A DNA stretch of 6,867 nucleotides, from positions 1 to 6,867 of the forward strand of contig DAIDHG010000049.1 in assembly GCA_027452085.1 (NCBI GenBank). Reading direction: 5' to 3'. The translations under genes and the position numbers were made by a program. Of this stretch, positions 6,399 through 6,867 are shown one piece after another (position 1 is the stretch's first letter; the number at the start of each line of letters is the position of its first letter). The stretch comes from a bacterium. GTDB lineage: Bacteria; Babelota; Babeliae; Babelales; JABCYS01. A model generated the notes under the pieces. That model ran no database searches. It saw only the letters and a program-made list of their open reading frames with translations, and was not told the origin of the DNA.

Positions 6399-6867
6399 AT
6401 GTCCGGTGGTATCAGCGAACCAATTTTAGATTACGGCTCAGGCCCAATCACTTCTCAAGCCCTATGGCAGTGGGATAACACAGGTGCGTATCCGGTAGCC
6501 ACCGGCTATGGTTTAAATGGTATTTATACGCCAACCAAGACGGGCCTGATGCCGCAAGATTTACAAGACTTTGTTGGAGTGCCGCTGCAATATTACCAGC
6601 CTGTACCGACGCCTGTACCGACACAAACACTTTTGAATTGGATTCGGTATGCTGAAGATTGGGTAGAGCAAGAAACGAGTTTGTTGCTTGCGCCGACTTG
6701 GGTAGCATCACCACCACTGCTTCAACAAGGGCAGACGCAAGACACGAGTGTTGTGCCATCTTCGGGACAAGGTATTCAAATTCAAGGGCAAGATTATGAT
6801 CTGGCCGATGCCGCGTATGATTTCTTTTTTCCCCGTGCGCAGGACGAGGGATGGATGGCGCAGCAAC
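6399..6867 (+). CDS. Head-tail adaptor/neck protein (SPO1/phage K-like); 3' partial
   Basis: Open frame from ATG 6399 to the window end (absent from the ORF track because it has no stop): MSGGISEPILDYGSG...TGLMPQDLQDFVGVPLQYYQPVPTPVPTQTLLNWIRYAEDWVEQETSLLLAPT...YDFFFPRAQDEGWMAQQ. The pattern and position resemble the neck protein that follows the capsid gene in Herelleviridae. Confidence 0.65.
   Translation, partial: MSGGISEPILDYGSGPITSQALWQWDNTGAYPVATGYGLNGIYTPTKTGLMPQDLQDFVGVPLQYYQPVPTPVPTQTLLNWIRYAEDWVEQETSLLLAPTWVASPPLLQQGQTQDTSVVPSSGQGIQIQGQDYDLADAAYDFFFPRAQDEGWMAQQ

Noticed and set aside
6600..6622. Tandem CCTGTACCGAC repeat
   Set aside because: Encodes PVPT-PVPT within the adaptor gene; two copies only, not an array.
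5375..6759. Antisense ORFs 5375..5728 and 6448..6759, and the 5' part of 5578..5844
   Set aside because: They overlap better-supported + strand genes; only 5719..5844 is retained.

Overview
Segment of a tailed-phage (or prophage) head-morphogenesis module with an SPO1/Twort(Herelleviridae)-type major capsid gene (5' end outside the window, ends 1765). After a bidirectional terminator come two tandem, opposite-strand, AT-rich paralogous genes (1827..3419 and 3490..5136). Each encodes Zn-finger + helical linker + HNH nuclease + apparently degenerate Vsr/DUF559-like domain + Hef/Mom-like GNAT-fold domain. A divergent intergenic region holds a 35-bp palindrome and a candidate ~68-nt sRNA with an anti-Shine-Dalgarno motif. 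The + strand module then resumes with an AT-hook protein, a 41-aa microprotein, a TerS-like HTH protein and a partial head-tail adaptor. Three promoters match the alphaproteobacterial RpoD consensus (CTTGAC-N17-CTATAT), and four genes appear leaderless. A bipartite DNA motif at the promoter/start codon of one nuclease gene recurs inside both nuclease coding sequences, in their most DNA-conserved patch. Protein family calls come from motif recognition by eye, not from database searches.
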